Below are positions 12,784 through 29,641 of a stretch of 64,000 bases of DNA, in pieces. The DNA comes from the human T2T-CHM13v2.0 reference genome, Homo sapiens: assembly GCF_009914755.1 (NCBI RefSeq), contig NC_060925.1. One strand, given 5' to 3'. How positions within the stretch are numbered: position 1 is the first letter of the stretch; every line of letters begins with the position of its first letter. Below the pieces are notes generated by a model, which was given only the letters and a program-made list of their open reading frames with translations, ran no database searches and was not told where the DNA came from. A program made the position numbers and the translations under genes.

Positions 12784-14950
12784 AGAATAGAAGCTATTTA
12801 TAGGATCGATCCATGCATGTGAGTCTATTTCTGGACACCGTTTTCTCTTCTATTCTTCCACGTGTTTGTCCTTTAACCAGTATCATGAGATCCTTTACTC
12901 ACTGTAGCTTTTTTTAAGTCTTAAAATTTGGTAATGTGAGTTTTTCAACTTTTCTTATCTTTTGAAGAATTGTTTAGCTGTTTTAGCCCCTTTACCTTTC
13001 CATATGACTTTAGAATCAGCATGTTCGTATGTGCAAAACATTGTGCTTGGTTATTCACTAGAACTGGGACACATTCACAGATGAATCTGGGGAGAACTGA
13101 TATGTAATAGTATTAAATTTTTCAATCCATGAATATTATATATCCTTTGATTTAGTAAGATCATACAGTCTTACCCTAGTTTTTTTTTATTTTAAGCATA
13201 CAGATCCTGTATTTTACTAGATTTATAACTAAATATTTTGTATTTCATCCATCAACGAAAAATTCAATTTGTTTAATAGACAGAATTTATTAATGCTACC
13301 TAATCCTTCTTGAGAGAGCCATGATAGTTTGTGGCTTCAGTAATTTTTTAATTCATTCAAGTTCTTGAATTTATTGACATGGCATTATTCAGAATATTTT
13401 TTATTTTTCTTTTAATATATGTAAAAACCATAATGATGTCATTTCTGTCATTGCTGTTATAAGCAATTTGTGTTATTTTTTCTGATTTAGTCTGTCTAAA
13501 GGTTTCTCAATTATAGAGATCTAAAATAACAAGCTTTTGGTTTCCTTGTTTATATACATATTTACTTCTTTATTATTTCATCTCTGATCTTTATTGTAGT
13601 ATTTCTTCTGCTTACTTTGAGATTAATTTTTTCTACTTTTACTAATATCTAATGGTAGAGGCTAAGGTTATTGAAGTGGAACACCGTCATTTTCTATCCC
13701 AGGTATTTAGTGACACCAATTTATTTCATACTGCTCTAGTGCCATTCCACAACTTTTGATATATAGTATATCAATCAGTGTTTGGCTGGAGTAGGGTGAG
13801 TATTCCATAAAAGATTTACTGTGATTTTTGGAGGGAGGTGTGAAGAGGGTATTATTACCAAAATGTGGATTTTTTTTTAACTCCATTCTGTATTTTGGCT
13901 AAGAGAAGCAGCTTTGGAACTTCTCAAGTCTGTACATCTGTGAGACCCCAAGGATTACTTGTTTTAATTTTTTTTTAAGTTTAGGTTTGTTTTGGGTCAA
14001 CTTAGTTCTTTCAAGGCTTATTTTTAAGCTTTTAAAAAGCTTAAAAAACCCCAGAGATAGTTTGTTCAGAATATTAAGCTGCTTCTGATGTCTCTACTAC
14101 GTGACCTAGATGTTCAAACGAGTCTTTCTACTCTGATTGATTCCATTTAAATGTCTCCCTGTGTTGTGTGTGTGCTCTGGGAATCCTTTACCTTTTTGTT
14201 CTCTGGTAGTGTTCTTCATCTGATAGGTATCCTTTGTCCATTCTTGGGGAGTTTTGCTCTACTCTCCAGAGGGTCAATATTCAGCCAAATAATCTAGGGA
14301 GTTGCTGTGGAAATTTGTAGAGCCCTTTCACTCCATAGTTTCTTCTTTTCTCACTCTGTTTCCTGCAGATTCTAGTGAACTCATCTTCTTTGGGAACACT
14401 GAGTTTTGTTTCTTCTACTCAGCAAGTGTGGCACTTTCTGCTGAATTCTCCTTCTCCATGCTGCTGTTTGGAAAATTTCTCCCAGCATAAAGTCACTTTG
14501 ATGATGGAACTCATCTCATTGTCACTTTTTCTCTGGAATTAGGTGCTTCCTGCTTTCCAATGTCTGAAAATGTTATTTTCATCTATTTTGTTCCATTTCC
14601 TTATTTGTGGCAAGAACTCTGTTTTACTTGATTATTCTTGCCTGGCCTTTTACCTTTTTAAATTGTCTGTACTGATTGTTTTCTATTTGGTTTCTTCTCA
14701 TATTTGGATTTGTTTCAAAATTTATACTCATGCTGGATTTTGTCTGGTTTCTTTGTTATAATTTATTATAAATAATAATTTATTTTCAGTTTTTATTCTT
14801 TTCTTTTATAGCTATATAATGATAAATTTCCCTCTGAGGATTGTTCGAGTGTCATCTCACCAAGTTTAATTTAATATGTTTTTATTATCATTCAATTCAA
14901 AATATTTAATGTTTCCTCTTCTGATTTTCTCCTTATCCATGAGTTATTTA
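12784..14950 (-). mobile_element. Ancient L1M fragments
   Basis: Degenerate antisense L1 ORF2 motifs; boundaries uncertain. Confidence 0.6.
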
Positions 14951-15000
14951 AAAATGAAGCTGAGTTCTGGGAAGCAACCTAGTAAACGACAGTAATTTCT

Positions 15001-15490
15001 TTTTTTGGGTTATTATTATTATTATTATTATTATACTTTAAGTTTTAGGGTACATGTGCACAATGTGCAGGTTAGTTACATATGTATACATGTGCCATGC
15101 TGGTGTGCTGCACCCATTAACTCGTCATTTAGCATTACGTATATCTCCTAATGCTATCCCTCCCCCCTCCCCCCACCCCACAGCAGTCCCCACAGTGTGA
15201 TGTTCCCCTTCCTGTGTCCACGTGTTCTCATTGTTCAGTTCCCATCTATGAGTGAGAACATGTGGTGTTTGGTTTTTTGTCCTTGCGATAGTTTACTGAG
15301 AATGATGATTTCCAATTTCATCCATGTCCCTACAAAGGACATGAACTCCTCATTTTTTATGGCTGCATAGTATTCCATGGTGTATATGTGCCACATTTTC
15401 TTAATCCAGTCTATCATTGTTGAACATTTGGGTTGGTTCCAAGTCTTTGCTATTGTGAATAATGCCGCAATAAACATACATGTGCATGTA
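15001..15490 (-). mobile_element. 5'-truncated young L1PA (3' end)
   Basis: Antisense L1PA 3' UTR; ORF2 C-terminus MFIAALFTIAKTWNQPKC; TSD cgacagtaatttct at 14987-15000 and 15493-15506. Confidence 0.95.
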
Positions 15491-16086
15491 ACCGACAGTA
15501 ATTTCTATCATCAGTTAACAGAAACAGTAACTTCCACTCTTTCAAGTTAAGTTCTACATAATTTGAGGAATCATCATTTTGGCCTTTCAAGATAAATAAA
15601 TCTGTTACTGTTCCTCATCTTCTTTGAACTCCACATGTCCATTTACTTTGAAGCACACAATAAGAATGACATTTCAAATTCTTGGAGCCAAAGGCTATGA
15701 AAATTATTTTGGCAGATTTTCTAAGATCATCACAGGATCTCAGATACTCCAATTGGCTAAATGAGATTTGGAATTGCCAGAAGATCTAAAATAGGCAAGA
15801 TTAAAAAGTCCTAAGAAATAATACTCATTGTCTATTGAGTTCTGACATGCTGTAGAATTCCAAATCCATTAGACAAACAGATTTCCAATAATTTCTTAGA
15901 AATAATTGTAAGTGTCTTAAATAGAGCCTTGTTTTAAAAAGTGATGAAGAGTCTTGATGTAATGTCTTTGGCAACTCTGAGCTTATTTTCCTTGACTTAA
16001 GTATTTGAATGCTTATGGTTATCCAGGTTTTCAGTTACAAATGACTCATTATTTTTTATATTTACATATTACTTAAATTCTTATAA

Positions 16087-16323
<237 letters not shown>

Positions 16324-16871
16324 TAATTTATTATGTTTGTATTGATTATCCAGATGATACACAAAAGTTTACTAACTTTAGTCTTTTTGTGGGGGCTGAT
16401 ATAATTTCATTTGAAAAGATAAGAAAAAAAAACCTGCAGGAACAAAGCAGACATCAATTTTTTTTCCTTTTCACATTAATTACTCAGATATTAGTCTGTC
16501 TTTCCATTCAGGCTTTTCCTACTCTAAAGCATTCTGTGTTACAGAAACAAGTTAGGGAGCTTTATGTGTATTCTGGTTTAAACTGATTTTGCTTTAGCTG
16601 AGACCTTTATGACTGTTAATATATATCTGTTTTATATGATTAGACTTTTACATCAAATTCTTTACTCCTAGATACAAAAGCAATGTTTTTATTGAAGATA
16701 TGGATGCCTAGTGCATAACATCAAAATAATTTAAACTCTATAATTTGTAGATTTGACACTGTAGGATATGTCTAATACTGAATATCTTCCCTCTTAGAAA
16801 TTTTTCATAAATATTTAGGTAGTAGAGAGACAAAATATTCCTAGATGGTACCAATTTCTGCTCTGTTGTAT

Positions 16872-16939
16872 GATTTCCCTACCACACTATCTAGATATTT
16901 ATGAAGATTTCCCTACCACACTATCTAGATATTTATGAA
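16872..16939. repeat. Perfect 34-bp tandem duplication
   Basis: gatttccctaccacactatctagatatttatgaa x2. Confidence 0.95.
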
Positions 16940-16997
16940 AATTTTCTGGGAACAATTGGTTCAATTTGTCTTATTTTTTGCAAAACCACTCAGTAAT

Positions 16998-17370
<373 letters not shown>

Positions 17371-17995
17371 CTCAGTAATATATTTGAAGTAATATTTAAT
17401 ATACTCATGTTAAGTGAAGTGAATAAGGTATTCATGTATACTGTTTTCATTTTTTAATGTCTGTGCTTAATATGAGGTCTAGTTTACAAAAAATGTTAGT
17501 CCTCATAAAAAAGCTAATTTTATACTAAATTTTTATTAATTATTCTTTTAAGATTTTCTTATTATTAAAGAGAAAATGTCTTGTATAACATAGGAATTTA
17601 TCTTTTCAGTCTTTTTCTCCTTTTTACATATGTCTCAACTACGAATTAGTTTGGACTCTTAATTTACAAAATTCTGTTATTATTTTCTTTAAAAAATAAT
17701 GTATACCTGTAATGGCCTGTTTTATTACTAGCATTGTCATAAATGCTTTAGTATAAATGAATTAAGAAAAATGTTTTTAAAATATATTTTGGGGCTTAAG
17801 CAATGAAAAAAAATGTTGTGTAGAAAGATATACTTTCACTTTTGACAACTATTTTACGACAATGAATTCTCACCAGTCATAGATTATTTTTGTACGGTAC
17901 CTATTTATTAGTATATCTAATCAATAAAGCTTTTTCTTCTTAGAATGGGAAATACTCAGATTGTTTATTAGATGACATTAGAAATGACATTCTAA

Positions 17996-18223
<228 letters not shown>

Positions 18224-18679
18224 TGAAAATAAATCTGTTTTCCAATTTTAAAAATTTGAATTATATAGAGGAATTGTTAAGGAATGTTGATTAAAATCAA
18301 GATATCTCCTGATTTGACATAAACTGGGAAAAGAAGGGAGTTTTGAAAATATCTCTAAAGTAGTGCATTAAATTAATACTTCCTATGGGCCACCTACCTT
18401 CCAGATTTGTGATTATAATATAATTGCTTTTGTTACCCTAAATAAAAGCTTTCAAATTATTTAGAACCTAGCACTTATTACCAAAATTATAGTTGGTTAC
18501 AACTTCCTCAGCTAATTTGTTTTTTTAATTTCTACTTTACATCTTCTATCTTGTGTGTTAATTTCTGTACTTTCTGAGTGTAGTTCTTTATTTTCTAAAT
18601 TTGAAAAGTTCTGAAGACCATTACATGAATCTCATTTACGTTTCTCAATCAGCCATCTATTTTTCAGGGTTAGAAGAAG

Positions 18680-20950
18680 GATTGGCTCTGTGGGAAAACA
18701 AGTATATGCAGAGTGTTCCAAGGCAAAGAAAAATATGTGCAAAGCTGTAAAAACAAAACAATATATTTCAAGGTGGTAAAGCAGAGTCTATCCTGCTGAG
18801 GCTAGATGGGAGGCAAGGAAACAATTATCCAGATCAGCTCAAGGCATCATATCATTTGGATTCATTTTATGACTAATGAAAACCCATAAAAGAGTTTTAA
18901 GAAAAGGAATGGTATAATTTGATTTCTAGTTTTGTTGGATTGTTTTCCTGGATGCTGTACTTTTTGTAGGCAAGAGGCGACACCATGAGTCCAGGTAGGG
19001 TGAGAAAGTGTGGGGACTGAGAGAGAGTGATGATAGGGGAGGTGCAGAGCAGAAGGCTGATTTGGAAAACATTTAGGTGATGAAAAGTACAGGTGATGTT
19101 ACTAAATGTTGGGTGTGAAAAAGAGTGAGATTAAGGGACTCACATGTTTGTTTTCAATTGTTTTCTCACAAGTATGTAGGTAAATGGCAATAACCATTTT
19201 GTAAAATGGTACTGACTGGATAGAATGCATTTTGAGAGGGCTTTGCAACTTTTGACTTGGACACATTATGATTGAGTCGCCAATGGAAAATCAAAACTGG
19301 ATATGTGAAGTGTGGAGTTGGATATGCATCTAGAGAGGAGATATGCATTTCGGAATATCATCATATAAATGATGACGCTAAATTGGATAAGAATACAGAA
19401 TGAAAAGAGCAAAGAGCTCAAGATGAAGCCCTGAAACATTACCACATTTATATATAAGACAGAAGAGCAATAGATAGTAAAGAAAATGGGGAAAAAAGGA
19501 GGACCCAGAGAAACAGGAGAAAAAATCTAGAATGTTGCCATAGACATAAAAATAAGGAAATTATTAATGAAAAGGTAGTGTAACAGATTGCTTAATAAGT
19601 CATCCTGTCTGAATTCTAATTCCACTGCTTGCTGGGCATGTATCTTTGGCCAACACAGCAAGTCTATTTGAAGCTTTGTTGACTCTTTCTTGTTGGTAAA
19701 ATGTCACATATTTACAAACAGTTCTAATATTTCAAAGGATTGTGTTAGTTAGCAGACTAAAATATTTATAAATATTTATTGCCATAGTGCCTTATATAAT
19801 AAAGTCAAAGAAGTTGTAATTTAATTACCTTAATATCATTATCAAAGTGATAAATATTTCTAATTTAGTTATTATATTCTGTTCAGAAATTGTGATGGAT
19901 TAGGTAAGGTACAGGCCAATGACAAGTGTAACAAAAATGGTTTTTAATAGAGTAGAAGAGACAGACCCTACATAGAATCTGCCAATAAAAATAATGAGCT
20001 AGACATTCAATACAGACTGTAGACATAACTCTTTCAAGATTCTGGCTTTGAATCTAATAGGAAGATCAGAATATTGCTTGAGGAAAGTTGTGCACTGAAG
20101 GGATAATTAAAAGAAAAAAGATGGAAGACACCAGAGCAGATACAGCAAAAGGGGAGCTGCAAAGGCTGAACACATGACTTACATAGTTGCCCTGAGAAAA
20201 TGCGAGAGGAAAGGACTCACAGCTACTGTGGAGGTATTGTGCTTTGGTGGCAACAGGACTGCTTACAACCTTGTGACAGGTGGCAACAGGACTGCTTACA
20301 ACTTTGTGACAGGAGATGGGAAGGAAAATGAGCAGTAACGTTGGAAAATGGTAGAAGCTGATGGATTCTGTTTTGAAGTATGAGACATGGTCATCTGAGA
20401 TTGAATAGTGTGTGGGCGAAGGAGGAGGAAGAGTACTAGGTAGAATAGAAAAGTTTTGAAATAGTCACAGCTGAGAAAGAGAATGAGTACATTGTAGATG
20501 AAAGGCAGTGTCAAAGGTCCAGTTAAATTTGACTCATTCCTGCTGTTGTAAACACCTATCATAGGACAGGAGAAAATGGTGAAAACACAAGCACAGGTCT
20601 ACTTATCCAGAGATTTTTTTCTAATATAAGACAGTGGAAAACTAAAAAGAGATAAGCCAAATATCCAAGTAATAAAAATATTTAAAATATATTTTATGTA
20701 TCACTGTGTACAGAGAAATAGAAAATCCAATAATTGAGATAGAAAATAGGAGGGAAGGAACTGGAGATCTGTTTTACATAGGAAGTCATCGATGCAAAGA
20801 ATGGTTGAAAGCCATTTGTTATAGTGAGAAGGGTATGTGCAACAGCTGAGGCAGCGAAGAACTTGACCTTTTTAATAAAATTCAAAGATCATAAAATCTG
20901 AATCCTGGATTTAGTGGAGGAGAGAGACATTTGATAACATTGGAAGAGTA
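18680..20950. mobile_element. Highly degenerate L2 fragments with a MIR (about 19575-19790)
   Basis: Purine-rich L2-like phrases and a MIR-like core; recognised by eye only. Confidence 0.45.
20246..20311. repeat. 33-bp tandem duplication, 1 mismatch
   Basis: ggtggcaacaggactgcttacaac(c/t)ttgtgaca x2. Confidence 0.93.
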
Positions 20951-22689
20951 GGCATGGATCATAAAGAGGTTGAGTTTTGCTCTAATTGAGAGGGGGAGGC
21001 TTAATTTAAGAGACTCATGAATTTCTTTTCTGTGATGATAGGTAAATTTAGGTTTTATGAAGCCAGAAGCTTTTACAATTTTGAGGGGTCTTCTTCAAAA
21101 AAGAACACAAAATTGTGAATATATTGCTTCAGTAGTCTTTCCAATCACCAGACATGAAATGAAAACCTAAAGGAGAGAAAGTTGGAGTGGCGGACATAGC
21201 AGTAGAAGCTGATGTAGAAAATGTCTTTCTATTGCAAATTGTACAAAGACTTAGGATCATTTGAACACATAACTAGGAATTTGCTAGTATAGTACAGGCC
21301 TCCAAACATTAAACGAAGAAATACCAGCTTAGTATTCTTTTCAAATATTCTTCTCTCAGCCATGTAACAGAAAACTGCATGTGGATTGACAGACATCTGA
21401 GTATATTTCAAGTGTCCTAGGAGGTCTCTTCTTTGTGGAAAGGTTTCCACAGAATTGTTATTATGGAGCACTTAAGCTAAATAAGGAGTATGTATCTCAG
21501 AGTTAAAAATTCATATTAACATTTCACATATCTAGTACTAGGACTTAGGGTTTTGAGTTTTAGATGAAGAAAAATATTTCTAATTCATGGAGTGTCCATT
21601 CACATTCTTCTCTAAATCACGTTTTGTAAGTTATTACCTCTATATAAATACAGCATTTGAATAATACCCAATAATCAAGATCTTAACTTTCCTTTTTAAG
21701 ATAATGCTTTTCACAATATTACAACAGACAGAATTTATATAAAATTAGCACAAAATACGTGAACAAACACACATACAAAAAAAAGAATTGCTATGTAGAA
21801 GATTGGTATAGACTTTTAGGAGAGAAATCCCAGTGATTCTCATTCAAGTGTGATTTTCTCAAATAATCTGCAAAACTCATTAAAACAAACACAAAAGCAA
21901 ATTTTTGTAGTTATTATTTTGTGACATTACTTTTAAGAATAGTTTTAAATCTAATTTTGTAATTGTATTTTAATAATTGAGGTTATGATGTAATTAATTT
22001 TCTTTTTAGTATGATTCTAATTTATGAATTCTAGCTTGTACTTTTCTAAGTTAGCAAGAAAGGAGGATTCTGAATAAGAAAAATAATATTTTGGATAATA
22101 TTTAGTAATGTTGCTGATTTTTAAAAATTATAAACATGTAAGAGATAATTTTACACATTTCTTATCTGAATCAGAATAATTATCAAATTTATTAAACATT
22201 GATATAAATAGTACATATAACAAAAATTGTTATATGTTAACATAAATATTCAGGATACCTAGAATTTGCCTTTCCATGTGAACTTGAAAATTTATCTTGG
22301 TTTGTTTTCTTTATTTGTAATATATTAATTATGTGTTTTTTATATTTTTTCTAACTTAAAATATATTAGAAATGCTATTTTGGGTTCTTTTTCCTTGATT
22401 ACATTAAACAAAAATACCAATTTTAATTAATTTCTTAGTGCATATATCTTCACTAATAAATCTTTGATGAGAATTTACCTTTTTGTGATGTATATGTCAG
22501 TCATCAAGAATTATAAACATGATGAGACCAGAAATCATTTGAGGTTGTTTAGTTTCAGTTAAATAAAGTTATCATTGACTCTGCAATGACAGATATTATA
22601 CCATCATTATTCTCGGGATCCTCCCCAGTTCTATTATAAATTTAACTTCTTAAGATATTTCCATGGTGTTTTATGATGTGTTCTTTTAT

Positions 22690-25600
22690 TTTTAAAATTT
22701 TAATTTCTATGTTTTATATGTTTAGATGGTCCAAATGCAGTTTTGTTGCATGGATATATTGCATAGTGGTGAAGTCTGTACTTTTAGTGTATTCATCACC
22801 CAAATACTGAACATTGCACCCATTAGGTAATTTCTTATTCCTCACCCTCCTGCTATCCTGCCACATTTCTGAGTCTCCAATGTCTGTTACTCAGCACTCT
22901 CTGTCCATATGTACGCATTATTTAGCTCTCACTTATAAGTGACAATATGTGGGATTTTACTTTCTGAATCTGAATTATTTTACCTAAAATAATGGCCTTT
23001 AGTTTTATACATGTTGCTTCTGAAGGCATGATTTTATTCTTTTTTTTTCTTTTTATTTTTTGTTTTGGCTGAGTAGTATTCTATGGCATATATCTATACC
23101 ACATATTCTTTATCCAATCATCTGTTGGTGGACAATTAGTTTGATTCCATATTATTGCTACTGTGAGTAGTGAGGCTATAAACATATGAGTCTGGGTATC
23201 ATTTTGATATGATAATTGATTTCCTTTGGGTAGATACACAGTAGTGGGATTGCTGGGTGAAATGGTAGTTCTGTTTTTAGTTCTTTGGGAAATGTCCATT
23301 CTGTTTTCCATAGAGGTTGTACTAATTTACATTCCCACCAACAGCGTATAAGCATTCTTCTTTCTCCTCACTGTCACCAACATTTATTATTTTTTGACTA
23401 TTTGACAGTGGCCACTGTGTCTAATGTAAGATGATAACTCATTTTTTTAATTCGCATTTCTCTGATGATTACTGATATTGAGTTTTTATTTCATATTTCT
23501 TGGTCATTTTCATGTCTTCTTTTGCAAAATATCTCTTCCTATCCTTTGTCCACTTTTTCATGGGATTATTATTTTTTTTTCTTGTTGTGTTGTTTCAGTT
23601 CTTTGCAGATTCTGGATATTAGCCCTTTTTCAGATTCATAGTTTGCAAATATTTTCTTCCATTCTGAGGTTGTCTGTTTACTCTGTTTATTATTTCCTTT
23701 GCTGTGAAGAAAATTTTTAGTTTAATTCACAATCACCCAGAAGCAGGTCATTTAATTTTCATGTATATGGATAGTTTTGAAAATTCTTTATGATATTGAT
23801 TTATAGTTATATTTCACCAAGTTCTGATAAGATACTTGATATTATTTCTAACCTTTAAAATTTTGGGAACTTGCTTTGTAGCTGTAGCCTAGCATATGGT
23901 CTATTTTGGAGAATGTTCCATGCACAGGTGAGAAAAACATATATTCTGAGGTTGTTGGGTGGAATGTCGTTAAAATGTCTGTTAGGTCCATTTGTTCTAC
24001 AGTCCAATTTAAGTATGAGGTTTCTTTGTTTATTTTTTTGTCCCTGCAATCTGTCTAGTATAGTCATTGGGGGTGTGGAGGTTGCTTGCCCTCATTATAT
24101 TGCTGTTTATCTTTCTACTTAGCTCTAGTAGCATTTCATTTATGAATCTGAGTGCTGAGGTTTTGAGTGCATATATATTTAGAATTGTTATATCTTCTTG
24201 CTTCCTTTATCATTGTGTAATGAACTTCTTGTCTTTTTTTTTTCTTGTTGATTTGAAATCTTTTTTTATATATAAATATAACTATACCAAATGCTTTTTG
24301 TTTCTGTTGTTCAAAATATCTGTCTCCATACCTTTACCATGAGTTTGTATAGGTTTCTCTAAGTTAGGTGGGTTTCTTTTGAGCAGCATGTGGTTGGTTT
24401 CTGTTTTCCAAATTTGGTCCACAAATCTATATCTTTTAAGTGGAACATTTAATCTATTTATGTTAAAAGTTAATATTGTCATGTGAGGTTTTGTTCTTGT
24501 CATTATGTTAGTTGTTACCTAGCTGGTTTGTAGTCCCAACTGTGTAATTTTTTAATAAGACCTGTGAGTTTTGTACTTTTGCATGTCTTTATGATAGTGA
24601 GTATTGACCATCTATTTCCATGTTCAGGACTCCCTGGATCATTTCTTGTGGGGTGAATTCCTAAAGTGGATTTCTAGTGGTGATGAACTTCCTTAGTATT
24701 AGCTTGTTTGGGAAAGACTTTATATATTCTTCATTTATGAAGTTTAGTTTAGCAGAATACAAAATATATCTCTAATATATGTTTTTTCAATAAATATGAA
24801 CTAATCTTTCTTTAAGAACCCTGAAAATAGGACACCAATATCTTCTGGCTTGTACAGTTTCTGCTGAGAAGTCCACTGTTAGTCTTACGAGATTTCCGTT
24901 ATAGTTGATTAGATGCTTTTCTCTTGCTGATTTTATAATTTTTCCCGTTCACATTGACTTTAGATAGCCTGATGACTATATGTTTGTAGAAGTTCATCTC
25001 GCAATGCATCTTCCTGGTGTTATCTGAGCCTCTTGTATAAGGATTTCTATGTCTCTAGCAAGAGGGCAAGAGGAGATAAATTTTCCTCAAAAAGGTTTTT
25101 TTAGCTTTTTCTTCTCCCTCAAGAATATCTATAACTCTTAAGTTTTCTCATTTTTTAGAACGTCATTTTTCTCAAAACCTTTGCTCATTAAAAAATGTTA
25201 TTTGCTCTTTATTTTTGTCTGACAGGGTTAATTGGAAAGACCTGTCTTCAAGCTCTGAGAGCAAGTTTTTCTGCTTGATGTAATCTGTAATTAAATCTTT
25301 CAACTATATTTTGTAATTCTTCAATGAATTTTTAATTTCCATAAGTTCTATTTGTTTTTTAAAAAATATTTTTAGTACATTTTTCATTCATATCCTGAGT
25401 TTTTTTTCTAATTTCTTTGTGTTGCTTTTCAACTTTCTCTTGGACTCCATTTAGCTACTTTAAAATAAATATTTTAAATTCTTTGGTATTTCAAAGATTT
25501 TATTTTGGTTAGGACTTATTGCTGAAGAGTTAGTGTGATCCTTTGCGAGTGTTGTAATACGCTGTTTTAAATCATACTTCCAGAAATGTTTCAGTGGTTT

Positions 25601-27170
25601 CTTCTCATCCAGATGAACTATCCCTTCTTATTTTTAAGTCCAGTTTCCAACAGACAGGATTTTTTTTTCCCCTTTGAGAATATGACTACGATGTATGTTG
25701 TATAGGGCTATTTGGTTTAGGTTCTGGGTTCTTTCAGTGGTAAAGACTCTGTTTGAGTACATTGGTTAGAGATAACTTTTGTATGATGGCTTTCTTAATT
25801 GCTGGTTGTAGTAGTTATGTACTGGGTGTATGACGAGGCTTACTGCCTCCTGAAGGGCTGGTATGGAGGACTACGCAGAAAACTAACCTTGTTCTGCATC
25901 ATGCCCTAGTGTCAGCATTTTGCACTGGGCTGTGCAGTTCAACATTCAGGACAGTAGGTGGCGCGGACAGGTAAGAGCCAGCTGCAGCAGAGGCAGATGA
26001 GCCTATGCTTGTCACTGTTTATGGGAGACTCTCTGTTGCCCCAAGGAATGGACTGATCTGTGAAAGGTACAGTGGTCTGAGGAGCTGGGGACAAAGCGGG
26101 ATAGATCTGTACCACTAAGCTCACCCTTGGATGCTCCAAGGATGAGCACAAGCACCAGCCCTGACAGGGGTGTCAGGGGAAGACCCTGGGGAGATACCCG
26201 TAGCTTGTCTTTCTTGCAAGCCTGGCTTCATTGGGCACATGACCAGTGGAGTTGTAGCCACCCCCTAATACCCCTACAATGTCCGTCCTCTGGTGTGTCT
26301 ACACCAGTCTCCTTTGCGAGTGACCACAGCTATGAACACAGAATTGGATCCACGGGACATGTTCCCCTCTCTACATCCGTGCCCAAGCGCTGGGACCATT
26401 GGGCTCCTGGGATGGATCTATACTCCTCCCTTGCAGAGCCAAACACCGCGTCTGCGTGTCTGCTGGAAGTGGCGTAGTCATTTTCAGCCCACAAGCAGGT
26501 TGCTCTTGCACACAGGAAAGTGAATGCTACAGTCTTCTTTGCCACAAGGGGTGTTCCTTTGTTGCACTTTCCATTAGGAATAGCCTCCCTGGTGGTTAAA
26601 CTATTGGGAATGCTGTAACTCCTTTGGGTCCAGCCAGCTATGGGTGACTGCCACATCCAAGCAGGTGACAGGGAATATTTGTGCGGCTCTGGTGTTATGG
26701 GGACAGAGGGCTGAGGTTCCTGGGTAGGAAACAGTCCCCACGTGAGTGCACTGCAGGCATGAAACCTACCACTGCAGCTCAGGCCCAAGGGGAAGGCAGA
26801 TGACCCTATTCAACTAGTAGTTTGGTGTAATGCCCTCAAGAAGTTCCCAAATCTCCACTCACACCAGTGTGTGTGTTCACGAAGACAGAAGAGCTCTCTG
26901 ATGGCTTGGATCCACACGGTGAGCTGCAGGGAGCCCAGAAGACTCCTACCTACACTTTCTATGAGGTCCCACAGGGTCCTAGTCAACCTTTGTCAGGCTC
27001 TTGCTTCTGTCTTTTTCCATGCTTTGGCTTCTCTCCATGGTTTCTCTATGACGCTCCTGCACCCTCTCTTAAATATTTTTCAAGTTATGATCATTTACCT
27101 GTAACTTTGGTTCTTCTTTCTGAGGAGAACTTGTGTCCAAACTCCTTAGTCAGTCATCTTGTTTTCAAAA
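22690..27170 (-). mobile_element. L1 (L1PB-like 3' end) with a large internal ORF2 gap, then EN/ORF1/5' UTR
   Basis: 3' UTR and ORF2 end to about 23730; endonuclease remnant PHMTILTFNINRLNVPLKRYR near 24400-24500; GC-richer 5' UTR-like region about 25900-27170. Confidence 0.8.
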
Positions 27171-27504
27171 AGCCCCAATTCTGGTCTATATGCACTTTTC
27201 TTTTTTAATATGAGAGAGTAATTTCATGTTTTGAGTAAAAAAAGTAATATTAAATTTCATTAATGTCAGTGATTAAAACTAGATTCATTGTAAATAAGTT
27301 GAATTTACAAATTAATTTTTAGAACAGATATATTTCAATACCATAACATTTATAATAAAGTTCCATTTCAATTTAGACAGCATATAAAACATAATATGTA
27401 GCATTCTTTACAGGGAAAAGGATTTATCTGATGCCCCTCTGTATGACCCAATATCAACCTCACTTTATTGTGGCATATGTAAAATTAACTTTGGCAATGA
27501 TTAA

Positions 27505-27741
<237 letters not shown>

Positions 27742-27949
27742 TGAAATAAGAATTAGAACTTTGAATACCAACTTTTTTCTTATTAATTTTGTTTGGGCTC
27801 CCATTGCCTGTAATCTAATGAATTAAGTCAAATATTTGCCTGTGAAGGACATGTATTGAGTACTGAATACCTGAGATTCAGTCACTTAAGTTAATCTCCA
27901 CTGTTTCTTGAACGATGTGCTGGAAGTATTCCCAGACACACAGGTGTTG

Positions 27950-28362
27950 TCGGTCTTAGTCTACTTTAGGTTTATGTTTCTATAAAGGAATAACTGAGTC
28001 TGGATGATTTGTAAAAATGTTTTATTTGGCTCACTATACTCATGACTATAAAATTCAAGATCGGGCATCTGCATTCAGTGAGAGCCACAGAATGCTGGTA
28101 GAAAGGGAAGAGGAGCCACTGTGTCCAGAGAACACATGATGAGAGAGGAAGCAAGAGAGAGAGCAGGGCAGTGACAGGCTCTTTTTAAGAACCAGCTCTT
28201 CCAGGAGCTAATAGAGTGAGAACTCACCCTGAGAGGGGGCATTCATCTGTTCATGAGAGATCCATACCCATGATCCAAACATCTCCCATTAGACCCCACC
28301 TGAAACACTGGGGATGAAGTTTCAACATGGGGTTGGAGGTGACAAACATTTAAACCATACTA
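27950..28362 (-). mobile_element. MaLR solo LTR (MST-like)
   Basis: MST-type phrases (ctataaaggaataactgag, ttcatctgttcatgagagatcc, cccattagaccccacc, aaacatttaaaccata). Confidence 0.8.
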
Positions 28363-28847
28363 GTGGCTGACAATGGAGGGATTTCTTTGTTAATTTTCAT
28401 TTTGCTTGAAATGTCAACATCCATTCTGGACATTTTATATAGTGTGGGCTGTAACTTAAGTTTCACCGGGTGTGTCTAAACAATATTTAAGCAGCTTATA
28501 TTCAATTCAGTTGCTTGTATTGATTAGTCAAACTTTATGTTGATCAAATGCTTGCCTCAGTTATGATATTTTTCCAAAATGTTATGATAAAATGTTTCCA
28601 TGAAATGTAAAAATTAACATGATTTTCATAACCACATTTGCTAATTGGTTTTCTTGCATCTTTAAGATATCTAGAAGTCTGAGCATATTTTAACATTTTA
28701 ATATACCTTCAATATGACAATTTAGTATAAGTAATACAATATGAACACCATTCTTGATTGTTTAGGATGCTATAATAAGTTACATAATGAAGAATACATG
28801 AATAAAAGAAGAAAATCTTTCCATTTTACTGAATTTTTATATTGTAA

Positions 28848-29081
<234 letters not shown>

Positions 29082-29099
29082 TAAAATATTAATATTTAA

Positions 29100-29399
<300 letters not shown>

Positions 29400-29641
29400 T
29401 AATATTTTTATTGTAACAACAATAATTGCAACTATATTTTTGAAATTTACAGATATGCCTCAACATTTCCAGTCTTCAATATGAGACCAATCTTTTGCAT
29501 ATTGCTTATAATTCAATATGTGTCTAGAAAGAAAAAATAAAGCTAGTAATATAATTTTATGAATCTTTCTGCGTCTGATAACAGTATTGTTTATATTTAA
29601 AAGTGTGAAGCAACATTTTACTTACAAAAATTGTCATGTGA

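Noticed and set aside
20201-20215. Possible allele of the deletion-tagging SNP rs6677604
   Set aside because: I cannot place the variant base unambiguously from memory, so no claim is made.
25939-27208. Cluster of 66-152 aa ORFs on both strands
   Set aside because: They fall in the GC-richer 5' region of an antisense L1 and show no recognisable domain or splice structure.
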